Shown piece by piece: positions 53,469-64,000 of a stretch of DNA of 64,000 bases. Position numbers and translations under genes: made by a program. How positions within the stretch are numbered: the first letter of the stretch is position 1; the number at the start of each line of letters is the position of its first letter. The stretch is from positions 66,864-130,863 of the forward strand of contig VGVZ01000004.1 of NCBI GenBank assembly GCA_016873805.1, in the 5' to 3' direction. The DNA is from Ignavibacteria bacterium (GTDB taxonomy: Bacteria; Bacteroidota; Ignavibacteria; UBA10030). The notes below the pieces were generated by a model. That model had not been told where the DNA came from. It searched no databases and saw nothing but the letters and a program-made list of their open reading frames with translations.

Positions 53469-54824
53469 GTGAATTCCGGATCGAATCAGGACCTCGGCCG
53501 CACCCTGGGACTCTTCCCCGTCACGAGCATCGTCATCGCGAACATGATTGGCGCGGGGATCTTCACCACGTCCGGGCTTCTGATGAGGGATCTCCAGAGT
53601 CCCCCCCTCATGATTCTTCTCTGGATCGTCGGGGGCGGAATTGCGCTCTGCGGGGCGCTGAGTTACGGAGCACTCGGTTCGGCAATGCCTCACGCAGGGG
53701 GGGAATACGTTTTCCTTTCCCGCCTGTATCATCCCGCGTTCGGGTTCCTCAGCGGCTGGGTCTCCTTTGTGGTCGGTTTTTCTGCGCCCATTGCCGCCTC
53801 TTCGATTGGTGTGAGCGAGTACTTCGCAAGGGCATTTCCGGAGTGGCTCGCGTGGAGTGCCGGCCTCGGGATCGAAGATCCGGCAATTGGGAAAAAGCTT
53901 CTTTCCATCCTTGTCATCTTTGCCTTCACGGTAGTCCATTTCCAAGGAATTGAGCTGGGAGCGCAAGTCCAGAATGCTCTGACGGTCTTGAAAGTCGGGC
54001 TGATTGCGGTACTCTTGATTCTCGGGTTTCTCTGGGGGAGCGGGGAGTGGGATCACTTGTCGGCTTCGGAGCTTTTCGCGTTCGATCTCGGCGGCTGGAA
54101 GAAGATCGGTCTCTCGCTGATGTGGATCATGTTCGCGTACAGCGGTTGGAATGCGTCGACCTATATCGGCTCGGAGATCCAGAACCCGGCAAAGACATTG
54201 CCACGTTCGCTCCTGCTGGGCACGGGCGTCGTCCACCTCCTCTATCTGCTGTTGAACGTCCTCTTTGTTTATGCGACACCCCCTGACCAGATGGCGGGAG
54301 TCATATCGATCGGGGGACTGGCAATGGCAAATCTCTTCGGTGGATCGATGGAGAGAATCTTTTCGGTTCTCATCGGATTCGCCCTATTCTCTTCCCTGAG
54401 TGCATTCATTATTCTTGGACCCCGGGTCTACTACTCGATGGCAAGAGATGGCTATTTCTTCAATTCGATTGCCCGAGTTCATCCGAGATTCGGCGTCCCC
54501 GCAAACTCGATTCTGCTCCAGGGTGTCCTTGCATCGGTGATGGTGCTTTCCGGAACGTTTGATCAGGTTCTCACCTACATGGGATTCTCTCTCGGGATAT
54601 TTCCTATCATCGCGGTGTTGGGGGTGTTCCGCCTTGAGGTTTATCACAGAGCGATGCTTCCCGGGTACCCGCTTGTCCCGGCTGTATTCATTCTTGCCAG
54701 CGCGACGATACTCGTGCTTGCATTTCTGGAACGTCCCGTTGAGTCGTCGATCGCATTGCTTACGGCGATCGCCGGAATTCCGATGTTCTATCTGTTCAAA
54801 CGCATGCATCGTCCCAGAGAGTGA
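53469..54824 (+). CDS. APC-family amino acid permease
   Basis: NMIGAGIF, PHAGGEYVFL, FAYSGWN, RVYYSMARDG, about 12 TM segments. Confidence 0.93.
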   Translation: MNSGSNQDLGRTLGLFPVTSIVIANMIGAGIFTTSGLLMRDLQSPPLMILLWIVGGGIALCGALSYGALGSAMPHAGGEYVFLSRLYHPAFGFLSGWVSFVVGFSAPIAASSIGVSEYFARAFPEWLAWSAGLGIEDPAIGKKLLSILVIFAFTVVHFQGIELGAQVQNALTVLKVGLIAVLLILGFLWGSGEWDHLSASELFAFDLGGWKKIGLSLMWIMFAYSGWNASTYIGSEIQNPAKTLPRSLLLGTGVVHLLYLLLNVLFVYATPPDQMAGVISIGGLAMANLFGGSMERIFSVLIGFALFSSLSAFIILGPRVYYSMARDGYFFNSIARVHPRFGVPANSILLQGVLASVMVLSGTFDQVLTYMGFSLGIFPIIAVLGVFRLEVYHRAMLPGYPLVPAVFILASATILVLAFLERPVESSIALLTAIAGIPMFYLFKRMHRPRE

Positions 54825-54959
54825 GCGAGTGCGGAGACCGATCCCGTCGGGTGGTGAGAGCATTGCTTGACATCTCTGCGGGGAGGGGGTACATTGGATT
54901 GACGATGCTGGTGAAGAGGGGGATGCGGGACAATCGAGAATCACCGGCGGATGGAAACC

Positions 54960-55415
54960 ATGAACAGTTCACCCTCCATCGTTGTCGTTGTTTCCCTCAT
55001 CGTGAGTTTCCTGGCAGGATGCGAGCGGTCAACCCAACCGGATGAGTATGAAGTCGTCGCGTACCAGATCAAGGGATGTCGCCAACAGCTTGGCAAACGC
55101 GGGGAAGGAGACTCGTGTTTTGCGTACGTTTTCCGCGAGTCGCTGGTCGTCGATTTTTGTGTAACCGGCAATTGTTGTCCGGACACAAATCGCTTCATTA
55201 TCACGCCGTCCATCGCGCTCGACACGATCGAAGTTACAGTCGTTGACACGGCTCAGAACCTCTGCCGGTGTGTGTGCCCCTACCTTCTGCATGTCGAGAT
55301 TCACAATCTCCGCGGCAACTCGTACTTCTTGCGGTGCATTCAATTGCGTGATTCGGTCCGCGTTCTCCTCTACTCGAGACGGGTCGTGAGGGACGTTGGG
55401 TGGCTCGGATCGTGA
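54960..55415 (+). CDS. Cys-rich lipoprotein, hypothetical
   Basis: Lipobox LAGC; NCC and CRCVCPY motifs. Confidence 0.7.
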   Translation: MNSSPSIVVVVSLIVSFLAGCERSTQPDEYEVVAYQIKGCRQQLGKRGEGDSCFAYVFRESLVVDFCVTGNCCPDTNRFIITPSIALDTIEVTVVDTAQNLCRCVCPYLLHVEIHNLRGNSYFLRCIQLRDSVRVLLYSRRVVRDVGWLGS

Positions 55416-55452
55416 AGATTGGAGACGATTGTGGAGGTTCGGCGGGTGTACG

Positions 55453-56466
55453 TCAGGATTCTCGCTGATAGGCCATTGCGTTCAGCAACATGATCCGCTT
55501 GGCAATAGGCGGATGAGTGGCGAACAGATCGGCCAGCGCTCCTTCCTTGAAATTCACCTTTCGCCCCAGCGGATCCACGATACACAAATGAGCGGCCGAT
55601 TTCTTGATTGATTGAGTCGGTGCGGATGCGCTCTCGATCTTTTGAAGCGCGTTGGCAAGACCGAGCGGATTGCGGGTGAGCTCGGCGGCGGTTGCATCGG
55701 CAAGGTATTCGCGTTGTCGGGAGACGGCCATCGAGAGAAGACGGGTAATGAAGGGCGCAAGAATGATCGCGAGAATCCAGAGTGCCAAGAGGATCAACGC
55801 GAGACCGCCACCGCCGCCCCCCTTGCTGCGTGAGCTACCTCTGCTTCGTCTTCCCCCACCAATACCGTATCGCATTGAGCGCGCCGCCCAATCCGAAAGA
55901 AGGAGAGCCGCGCCGATGAGTGCTGCGATCACCGTCATCAACCGGATATCGTAGTTCCGGATGTGCGCGATCTCGTGCGCGATGACCCCCTGAAGCTCCT
56001 CCCGATTGAGTTTTTCCAGAAGCCCTTTGGTGACAGCAATGTGTGAATGATGCGGATCCTTCCCCGTCGCAAAGGCATTCGGATCGGGATCGGGGATGAC
56101 GTACACCTGAGGCCGGGGAAGTCCCGACGCGATCACCATTTCATCGACCACGTTGCTCAGCACCCTATGCTCGGCATCCGTGCTGGAGACCGGGACTGCT
56201 CCCGCCGATCGAAGAACCGCCTGGGCACCTCCCTGAAGTCCCCAGAGCGCCATCCCTCCCCCGATCAAGAGAGCCAGAATTGTCCCAACGGGGATCATCG
56301 GCGTCGACTCTGCAACGACACCAAAGGGGTCGTTCCCCAGGTAGAACAGGTCGAATCCAAATCCAAGGAATCCAAAGAAGAGGACAAACCCAACCATGAT
56401 GAGGATTGTCTTCCTCCGATTGGCGTTCTGCTGTTCGTAAATGTTTGGAAAATTCTGGGTGGCCAT
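55453..56466 (-). CDS. htpX: M48 zinc metalloprotease HtpX
   Basis: PNAFATG, AHEIAH, SRQREYLADA, FATHPP. Confidence 0.92.
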   Translation of the reverse strand: MATQNFPNIYEQQNANRRKTILIMVGFVLFFGFLGFGFDLFYLGNDPFGVVAESTPMIPVGTILALLIGGGMALWGLQGGAQAVLRSAGAVPVSSTDAEHRVLSNVVDEMVIASGLPRPQVYVIPDPDPNAFATGKDPHHSHIAVTKGLLEKLNREELQGVIAHEIAHIRNYDIRLMTVIAALIGAALLLSDWAARSMRYGIGGGRRSRGSSRSKGGGGGGLALILLALWILAIILAPFITRLLSMAVSRQREYLADATAAELTRNPLGLANALQKIESASAPTQSIKKSAAHLCIVDPLGRKVNFKEGALADLFATHPPIAKRIMLLNAMAYQRES

Positions 56467-57030
56467 CTATTTCTTCAGAGAGAGATCGACGGTTGGAACT
56501 GCACGCTCTGCCGCATCGGTGACCTCAAAAAGTTCCGCCAGCGTGAATCTTAACAGATTCGCGATGATGTTCCCGGGAAACACCTGTTGCGCGATGTTGA
56601 ACGATGTCGCGATGTCGTTGTAGAATTGTCGTGCGAAGCTGATCTTGTTTTCCGTGCTCGTCAGCTCCTCCTGGAGCTGCAGGACATTCTGGTTCGCTTT
56701 GAGTTGAGGATAGTTTTCGACGAGCGCGAACAAACGAGAGAGCACTGCGGTAAGCTCACCTTCCTTGGACGCCGCATCTGCGACTCCCTTTGCGTTGACG
56801 GCGGCGTTGCGCGCCTCAACGACCTGTCGAAGTGTATCCTGTTCAAACTCCATATACCCCTTGACGGTATTGACGAGATTCGGTATCAAATCGTGGCGTC
56901 GCTTGAGCTGAACGTCGATCTGCTTCCACCCATTTTGAACCTGATTGCGGAGTGTCACGAGTGAATTGTATTTGACAATCACCCACCCCGCGATTGCGGC
57001 AACAACGATCAACACTATCCAGAGAGCCAT
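56467..57030 (-). CDS. lemA: LemA-family protein
   Basis: IDVQLKRRHDLIPNLV, ENYPQLKAN, ENKISFARQFYN. Confidence 0.95.
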   Translation of the reverse strand: MALWIVLIVVAAIAGWVIVKYNSLVTLRNQVQNGWKQIDVQLKRRHDLIPNLVNTVKGYMEFEQDTLRQVVEARNAAVNAKGVADAASKEGELTAVLSRLFALVENYPQLKANQNVLQLQEELTSTENKISFARQFYNDIATSFNIAQQVFPGNIIANLLRFTLAELFEVTDAAERAVPTVDLSLKK

Positions 57031-57105
57031 GCGGATACCTCCTGTAAGAAAGTGGCTATGGGAACATATCGAAACGCTGGATCGGAATCAATGCGCGACA
57101 CGAAT

Positions 57106-57834
57106 TCAAGAATGGTCTCCCGCTTGACGGGCTGTTCTTCGGATTTGGTGCCGATGGCCCGCACCATTGCGAAGACGGCGAAGAGATTCTTGATAGAAGC
57201 GTTTGCTCTTCTCGAATCCGATGAAGTGTCGGCCGCTGCGCAGACATGCGAGTGCCGTTGTGCCGCTCCCCATGCACGGATCAAGAACCAGATCGCCCGG
57301 ATCAGAGCTGACCGTGACAAGATACTCGAACATCTCCACGGGCTTCTGGGTCGGATGGATCTTGCTCTTGCCGGAGGGATAGCGGAGAATCGTGTTCCGG
57401 CAGTGTTCGTTGAACGGCGCGCCCCGGAACTTCCCGAAGACGCAGACCTCGATACCGCTAAGCCAGATGCTTTGACCGTTCATGGGCGAAGGATTCGTCT
57501 TCTCCCAGATCAGGAGTCTCGTTGAGAGTTTGGATCTCACGAGAAATTCTCGAATGAAGCTGACCTGTTCGGTGCCGCAGAAAATGTACAGACTTCCTCG
57601 ACAAACCCGCACACTCTCTTCCAGGAACTTCCCCAACTCGAATGTGGATCGATCGGCTTTCTTCTTTGTGAGAGTGCGAAGTCCATTTGAAGGTCTGTTC
57701 ACGACCGAGTAAGGGATATCAGTCAGGATAAGATCGACTGATTTGTCCGGAATGAGCGGAAACCCATCCATACAATCGAGATTGTAGATCTCGTCGGGAA
57801 GAAGCGGAGCAAGAGGAGGGGCGAATTTGCGCAT
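57106..57834 (-). CDS. Small beta-class DNA methyltransferase, orphan
   Basis: LILTDIPY, HPTQKP, VLDPCMGSGTT, FIGFE; start taken at MRKFAP. Confidence 0.85.
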   Translation of the reverse strand: MRKFAPPLAPLLPDEIYNLDCMDGFPLIPDKSVDLILTDIPYSVVNRPSNGLRTLTKKKADRSTFELGKFLEESVRVCRGSLYIFCGTEQVSFIREFLVRSKLSTRLLIWEKTNPSPMNGQSIWLSGIEVCVFGKFRGAPFNEHCRNTILRYPSGKSKIHPTQKPVEMFEYLVTVSSDPGDLVLDPCMGSGTTALACLRSGRHFIGFEKSKRFYQESLRRLRNGAGHRHQIRRTARQAGDHS

Positions 57835-58031
57835 GACAGCCAAATCTATGAAAAAAGGGGGTGAGAGCAAAGGGCCCATCTGATCGTCCGGGGTGGAGTC
57901 AGCGCGATGGCCGCAAAACAAGTGCGGTTGATCGTTCGTAGGGTCCGGTGGCGGCGCACGCACGGCCGAGTTTCATCGTGGCCTGAAAGGGGAGAAGGGC
58001 TTCGCAAACGTTGGTTGCATTTCGATTTTGC

Positions 58032-58095
58032 TTGACAGAAACCCAAAAATCCCATACGGTTCAGTTACCGGTAAAGTAACCGATACAGTTAACTG
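58032..58095 (+). promoter_or_regulatory. Sigma-70 promoter with LacI-type operators
   Basis: TTGACA (58032-37), 17 bp spacer, TACGGT; palindrome TTACCGGTAA (58065-74) and related GTAACCGATAC (58076-86). Confidence 0.65.
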
Positions 58096-58157
58096 AAATC
58101 CCGCTCTCCTCACCCTTCAACAACGGCTCCAACCGGCGCATCACGAACTGAAGTTTC

Positions 58158-59861
58158 ATGCGTACCCCGGCATTCATAACCATCGCGTATACCGGATTCA
58201 TTTGTGCCTTCCTCTCCACACAGGAAAGCCGCGCTCAGCTGCCCGCCTTCCCCGGCGCTGAAGGTGGAGGACGATTGTCCGTCGGCGGACGGGGTGGAAG
58301 GGTCATCGAAGTGACGAACCACAACGACTCCGGTGAAGGGAGTCTTCGCGCCGCAGTGACGGCGAAAGGGGCGCGCACGGTTGTGTTCCGGGTCTCCGGG
58401 ACGATCACACTGAATTCCCGGTTAACGATTTCGAATGACTCGATTACCATCGCAGGGCAGACTGCACCGGGCGACGGGATTTGCATTCGCCGGTACGATG
58501 TTGCGGTGAATGCCCGGCATGTCATCATTCGTTATCTCCGCTTTCGTGTCGGTGATGAGTCAGGTGGAGAACGTGATGCGATCGGCGGAACGTGGGGAAC
58601 GCATATCATGATCGATCACTGCTCGGCAAGCTGGGGGCTCGATGAGGTGATGTCCCTGTACGGCGCGGACAGTCTGACCGTTCAGTGGTGCATCATTAGT
58701 GAAAGTCTTTACAATTCTACCCATCCAAAAGGGAAGCATGGCTACGGTGGAATCTGGGGAGGAACAAATTCGACATTCCACCATAACCTTATCGCAAGCC
58801 ACTCAAGCCGCACACCACGATTCTCGGGTGGAAATCCTCCCGACCCGAGCAAGACACCAATAGCAACAAACCTCGACTTCCGCAACAATGTGATCTACAA
58901 CTGGGGATCTAACGGCGTGCATGGAGGTGAGGGAGGAACGTTCAACATCATTGCCAACTACTATAAACCGGGTCCCGCCACGCGCTCAACCGTACGAAAC
59001 AGAATTGTCGAGCCGTATGACGCGAACGGAAAGTGGTTTCTTGACGCCAACGTAGCGATGGAGTCGGCGATGATTACAGCCGACAACTGGGCCGGCGGGG
59101 TACAGGGCTCGTACGCAAACCAGCCGCAAATCAAAGCAACCTCGCCATTTCCCTTTGCACCGGTGACGACTCATCTGCCGGCCGTTGCCTACAATCATGT
59201 ACTGAATACCGCGGGAGCGGTTCTTCCGAGGCGGGATGCCGTCGATATGCGAATCGTCAACGAGGCAAGAACCGGAACGGCAACGTACGATGGGAGCAGC
59301 GCAAGCAACTACAGGACGACATACAATCTCCCCGCACCTACCGGCATCATCGATTCGCAAAACGACGTCGGGGGCTGGCCGGATCTTCAGAGTCTCCCTG
59401 CGCCGCCTGATTCCGATAAGGATGGTATGCCGGATGACTGGGAGACGGCCAACGGGCTCAACCCCAATGATCCGGAAGACCGCAATCGGCTGGCCACAGA
59501 TGGCTACACCATGCTGGAGGTCTATCTGAATTCGCTCACAAGCGTCATCACCGGTGTCGCCCAATCAACGCAACAACTTCCGGAGCAGTTCTCTCTGCTC
59601 CAAAACTACCCAAACCCGTTCAATCCATCCACGACGATCGCGTATGAAATTCCTTCCTCAGGAAGGGTAAAAATAGAGATTGTTGACCTGCTGGGGAGGA
59701 TGGTCGAAGACCTGAGCGATCAGGAGCAGGCTCCGGGCAGGTATGAAATCCGCTGGGATGGTACCGACGGAACAGGGCGGCAGCTTGCATCAGGCATGTA
59801 TATCGCTGTGGTTCGGTTTGAATCAACGATAAGAACACTCAAACTCCAGCTGATCAGGTGA
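58158..59861 (+). CDS. PL1 pectate lyase with a FlgD-Ig/T9SS-type C-terminal domain
   Basis: AFPGAEGGG...GGRGG, IAGQTAPGDGI, IDHCSASW, HGYGGIWGG, DSDKDGMPDDWE, NYPNPFNP. Confidence 0.92.
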   Translation: MRTPAFITIAYTGFICAFLSTQESRAQLPAFPGAEGGGRLSVGGRGGRVIEVTNHNDSGEGSLRAAVTAKGARTVVFRVSGTITLNSRLTISNDSITIAGQTAPGDGICIRRYDVAVNARHVIIRYLRFRVGDESGGERDAIGGTWGTHIMIDHCSASWGLDEVMSLYGADSLTVQWCIISESLYNSTHPKGKHGYGGIWGGTNSTFHHNLIASHSSRTPRFSGGNPPDPSKTPIATNLDFRNNVIYNWGSNGVHGGEGGTFNIIANYYKPGPATRSTVRNRIVEPYDANGKWFLDANVAMESAMITADNWAGGVQGSYANQPQIKATSPFPFAPVTTHLPAVAYNHVLNTAGAVLPRRDAVDMRIVNEARTGTATYDGSSASNYRTTYNLPAPTGIIDSQNDVGGWPDLQSLPAPPDSDKDGMPDDWETANGLNPNDPEDRNRLATDGYTMLEVYLNSLTSVITGVAQSTQQLPEQFSLLQNYPNPFNPSTTIAYEIPSSGRVKIEIVDLLGRMVEDLSDQEQAPGRYEIRWDGTDGTGRQLASGMYIAVVRFESTIRTLKLQLIR

Positions 59862-61156
59862 TCTCTGTGACCACGAGTATCTGCCAGCTCCTGGTTGTGA
59901 TCTTCTTTTTCTCTGTCGGTGAGCTCTCTGCACAAGTACTGGCATTTCCCGGCGCAGACGGCTTCGGACGGTTTGCGTCCGGAGGACGTGGTGGAAAAGT
60001 CCTGGCTGTCACGAATCTGAATGATCGAGGACCAGGGAGTCTGCGCGCGGCGCTCGCCGAAAAGGGAACTCGAACAATCATCTTTCGCGTCTCCGGCACG
60101 ATCCCGCTCGAATCGGATCTCCTCATCGAACATGGTGATGTGACGATTGCCGGTCAGACGGCGCCGGGGGACGGGATTTGCATCAAAAACTACGCGACCA
60201 TCATTGCCGCGAACAACATCATCATGCGTTTTCTCCGATTCCGATTGGGCGATGCGAAGGGACAAGCGTCTGATGCGATCATGGCCCTCGGATGTCGTGA
60301 TGTTATCATCGATCACTGTTCGATGAGTTGGGGGATCGATGAGGTTGCCTCATTCTACGATAATGAGAACTTCACCCTGCAGTGGTGCATCGTCTCCGAA
60401 AGTCTCGACAGTTCCATCCATCCCAAAGGACGACATGGGTACGGAGGCATTTGGGGCGGGACACGAGCTTCGTTCCATCACAACCTGCTTGCACACCATA
60501 CGAGCAGGAATCCCCGCTTCCAGGGAGGGAGGACGCCGGGAAAGGGTGAAACGGAACTCGTGGATTTCCGGAACAATGTTGTTTTCAACTGGGGATTCAA
60601 AGCGGCCTACGGAGGGGAGAGGGGACGTCAGAATGTGATCGCGAACTACTATAAGCCTGGCCCGGCGACTCTCCGTAGGGATCGTATTCTCGAGCCTGAT
60701 GATGCCGAAGGGAGGTGGTACGTCGCTGATAACGTGTTGGAGGGATCGGCCGCAACCTCTCTGAACAACTGGAACGACGGAGTTGAGGGTCCCTACCGCG
60801 TGTCAGGCCGGGTGGCAATCCCCTTTGAGTTCGCCGCCAATTATACGCAGAGGGCCGAAGAAGCATATGAGGATGTGCTGAAATTTGCCGGTGCAGTTCT
60901 TCCGGAGCGCGATGCCGTCGATCGGCGGATCGTGGATGAAGTGCGGCGCGGGAATGCAACGTTCGGGCATTCCGCATATGCCCGGGAACATAGACTGGGA
61001 CCGAGGCCGACCGGAATCATCGACTCGCAAACCGAAGTGGGAGGATGGCCATGTCCTCACGGGCTACTTCGAACCGATCGATACGAATCTCAACAACCTC
61101 CAGGGTGCCTTGATCAACGTTCCGACGGCAGGCGCGGGAGCGCGGATCGTGATTGA
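59858..61156 (+). pseudogene. Second PL1 pectate lyase, C-terminally truncated at about 61050
   Basis: Collinear with the first paralog up to GIIDSQTEVGGWP, then unrelated residues; lacks the DxDxDGMPDxWE segment. Confidence 0.75.
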
Positions 61157-62381
61157 TAGCTGTATCCTCACGAACTCCAACGGTAACCATGTCCGCACAG
61201 ACGGCGCAGCGAAGATCGTGTCCATCACGAACACCATCTTCGCGAACATGGGATACCTCGGTCGATCCAACCTCGGTGCCGGAAAGGGGATCGATCTTCG
61301 CGACGCAACGTGCGACTCGATGATTGTCGAGAACAGCACGTTCGTGAACTGGCAGGATCGTGTGATTCGCCACTACAACTTCAGCAATCCCGCGGCGGGT
61401 ACCGGTCCGATTCATTACTTGAAATTCAACCATAACACGCTGGTGAACGGTATGTCGTACCATGGACTCCTGTCACTTGGGTCGATGGGGAAACGGGCCC
61501 TCATTACCAACAACCTGTTCATCGATCCGTTTTCGCTCGGGAACGATACGGATGCCGTTCGTCAGGCCGAGTTCCTGAATCATGGCGAGAAAGACCAGTT
61601 CGGCGGGGCGCGAATGATGTGGATCTTCACATCACCCAACGACACCACCATTTGGACGATCCGCAACAACTACTATGCGGTTTCCGATTCGGGCCAGAAA
61701 TTCTACACTGAATTCGCCGCGGCAGGTGTGACCGGAGAGGGAGTTCCTCTGTCCTATCACATCAACCGGAGAATCGGAATCGACTCGGTCACGGCGTTCA
61801 GGAAGATTACGCCGCCGCTTGTGCTGACGAGAGTCCCGTTGGTGATGAACAAGCTGAATCGATGGTACCGATCGCCGACCGGCGGTAACAAGACGAAGAA
61901 CACTCCTACTGCGGCGTGGAACAACTCCTTCGACTTCGATCGGAGAAGCTGGCAATACTTCCACGATACGCTCAACTGCGCATATCCGACGACTTCGGTG
62001 GCGTACACCGGAGCCCAGGGCGGTTATCCTGTCGGTGATCTGAACTGGTTCCCGGCACGCAAAGCCGCGTGGCTTGCGAATCCGCCGGTGAGCGTGACAG
62101 CGAGCGAGGTAGTTCCTGAAAACTTCGCGCTCAGCCAGAACTACCCTAATCCCTTCAACCCCAGCACGAAAATCGAATTCACCGTTCCGACGGAGTCGCG
62201 TGTGCGGCTGGATATCTTCGATCTGCTGGGACGCAGGATTGCCACGCTCGTTGATGAGCAAAAGATTGCAGGCACGTATGTCGTTGATTTCGAGGGATCG
62301 AATCTCGTTTCGGGAGTGTATATCTATCAACTCTCATCAGGTACGCAGATCCTTTCGAAGAAGATGGTCTTGCTGAAATAA
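61050..62381 (+). pseudogene. N-terminally truncated secreted beta-helix-like protein with sorting domain
   Basis: Protein-like reading begins only near 61050 (VLTGYFEP); GYPVGDLNWFP, NYPNPFNP; no start codon or signal peptide. Confidence 0.7.
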
Positions 62382-62578
62382 GTCCGCCAATCGGCGTCTT
62401 CCGGAATGGGGCGCAAACGGGGCCGGGTGCGCCCCCTCCCGGCCTTCGATCTGGCACCGCGCGTGCGGGAAGAGAAGGAGAAAGCACCTTCAAGCGCAAC
62501 CGACGCTGGAGGGAACTCTGATCGACCGGCCAGTACCTCCATGGTGAGATACCTGGCGATGCACAAGGAGCTCTAATC

Positions 62579-63631
62579 ATGGCAAAGAAAAGACATCATC
62601 TTGAACTTCAGGTGACCCTCGACGACATTGCCGAGAAGCTGAAAGTCTCGAAGGTCACAGTTTCAAAAGCGCTCCGGGGACATCCCGATATTTCCAGCGA
62701 GACGGCGGAGAAGATCAAGAAGAAGGCGCACCAAATGGGATACTATCCCAACCTCCTCGCGCGCAGCCTCTCGTCTCAAAAATCCAATACGATCGGTGTG
62801 GTTGTCCCGAAAATTGCTCATCACTTCTTTGCCAGCGTCATCGAAGGGATCTACGATACGGCGTTTGAACACAATTACGAGATCATCCTGACCGTTTCCC
62901 AGGAAACTGCCGAACGAGAACTGCGGCATATACATTCCTTGCTTTCTATGCGGGTTGATGGACTTATTATTTCCCTCTCCGAGGAGACGAAGGACTTGAA
63001 AGTCTTTCAGGCAATCAAGCGCATGGGTCTCCCACTGACCTTCATGGATCGGGTTCCACGATTGAACGGTTTCACGACCGTGGAAGCGGATGATCGGGGC
63101 GGAGCGTTCGCGGCGATTCAGCATGCCATCGAAATCGGATACCGAAGGATTGCACATCTCGCGGGATATCAGCACACGAACATCGGTCGCGAACGCTATC
63201 AGGGATTTCTTGATGCAATGAATAAGCACAACCTCGCCGTGAAGAAGGAATGGGTTGTGTTTGGCGGCTTCGACGAGGAACAGGGCTACAGGAGTATCAA
63301 GCAGATCTTTGGAAGCGCGAATCATCCTGAGGTGATTTTCACCGTGACGTTTCCGGTGGCCGTGGGGGTGTTGAAAGCCGTGCGGGAGATGGGGATGAGG
63401 ATTCCGGATGACATCGACCTCCTCTGTTTCGGTCATAGCGGCATGAATGAACTGATTTCGCCCGCCGTGAGTTATGTCGAGCAGCCAAACTACCAGCTCG
63501 GGCGGATGTCGTTCGAGCTGACGCTTGATCACATACGGGAGAAGGGAAGTTACGTGCCCAAGCACATCAAGCTGCCAACTCGATTTGTCTTATGTGGCAC
63601 GTGTACAGAGAAGGCCGCCGTTCGACGGTAG
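62579..63631 (+). CDS. LacI-family transcriptional regulator
   Basis: VTLDDIA..LKVSKVTVSKAL, GYYPNLLARSL, periplasmic-binding-type core. Confidence 0.95.
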   Translation: MAKKRHHLELQVTLDDIAEKLKVSKVTVSKALRGHPDISSETAEKIKKKAHQMGYYPNLLARSLSSQKSNTIGVVVPKIAHHFFASVIEGIYDTAFEHNYEIILTVSQETAERELRHIHSLLSMRVDGLIISLSEETKDLKVFQAIKRMGLPLTFMDRVPRLNGFTTVEADDRGGAFAAIQHAIEIGYRRIAHLAGYQHTNIGRERYQGFLDAMNKHNLAVKKEWVVFGGFDEEQGYRSIKQIFGSANHPEVIFTVTFPVAVGVLKAVREMGMRIPDDIDLLCFGHSGMNELISPAVSYVEQPNYQLGRMSFELTLDHIREKGSYVPKHIKLPTRFVLCGTCTEKAAVRR

Positions 63632-63768
63632 TTGCCAGCAGAATTTCTTTTTGAAGGAAGGAAGGGCACGATGTTTGTGCCCTTTCTTGTTTCGTAATGA
63701 CTGCACGTGCTCTTCTTCGCAATGCAGCCGGACGTTCGCTGTGCTTCTATCCCGGCGGGAATCGGGCG

Positions 63769-64000
63769 GGGATTTCATCCCGATGTTCAACAACATCGGG
63801 ACTCAACAGGAAGGGATTCGGGTTCCAGTGACAGGTACAAAGAAAAACTCCCACAAGGGGAGTTTTTCATCCTCGGGCCCAGAATCCCGTTCTACAGCAA
63901 CGGGATTTCATCCCGATGTTTGACAACATCGGGATTCAACAGGAAGGGATTCGGGTTCCAGTGACAGGTACAAAGAAAAACTCCCACAAGGGGAGTTTTT
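63769..64000. repeat. Tandem 133 bp repeat with ATCCCG/CGGGAT hairpins and a terminator-like hairpin (runs off the window)
   Basis: Units start at 63769 and 63902; GAAAAACTCCC..GGGAGTTTTTC at 63842-63868. Confidence 0.9.

Noticed and set aside
60885-61049. N-terminus of the 498 aa ORF as a real start, or programmed frameshifting
   Set aside because: It is an off-frame reading of the pectate lyase with no signal peptide, and no slippery sequence is visible at the junction.

Overview
Bacterial chromosomal window, most consistent with an Ignavibacteria-like member of the Bacteroidota-Chlorobiota group (NYPNPFNP C-terminal sorting domains, bat operon, TonB receptor). In order it holds: hutI (partial) and hutU split by a hybrid PAS kinase; a RidA/DUF355/SixA/NtrC/REC-kinase cluster; tRNA-Gly(CCC); a moxR-bat operon; DUF1684, an orphan XRE antitoxin, an S9 peptidase and a multi-repeat LTXXQ lipoprotein; tRNA-Val(TAC); an ABC-F ATPase; a MerR-sqr-DUF1641-tusE-dsrE sulfur cluster; pfkA, an octaheme cytochrome and dcp; two orphan DNA methyltransferases; two large BNR/VPS10 propeller proteins; a TonB receptor; lemA-htpX; and a LacI-linked pectate lyase locus with an apparent deletion junction. 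The most unusual signal is non-coding. Both tRNA genes, and probably a third just past the right edge, sit in 133-139 bp tandem arrays of partial tRNA copies. These copies are interrupted by double-hairpin inserts that share termini (TCCC...GGGA), a bulged A and, in two loci, exactly 80 bp length and an AG^CT target site, while their internal sequences differ. All calls come from reading motifs by eye; no searches were run.
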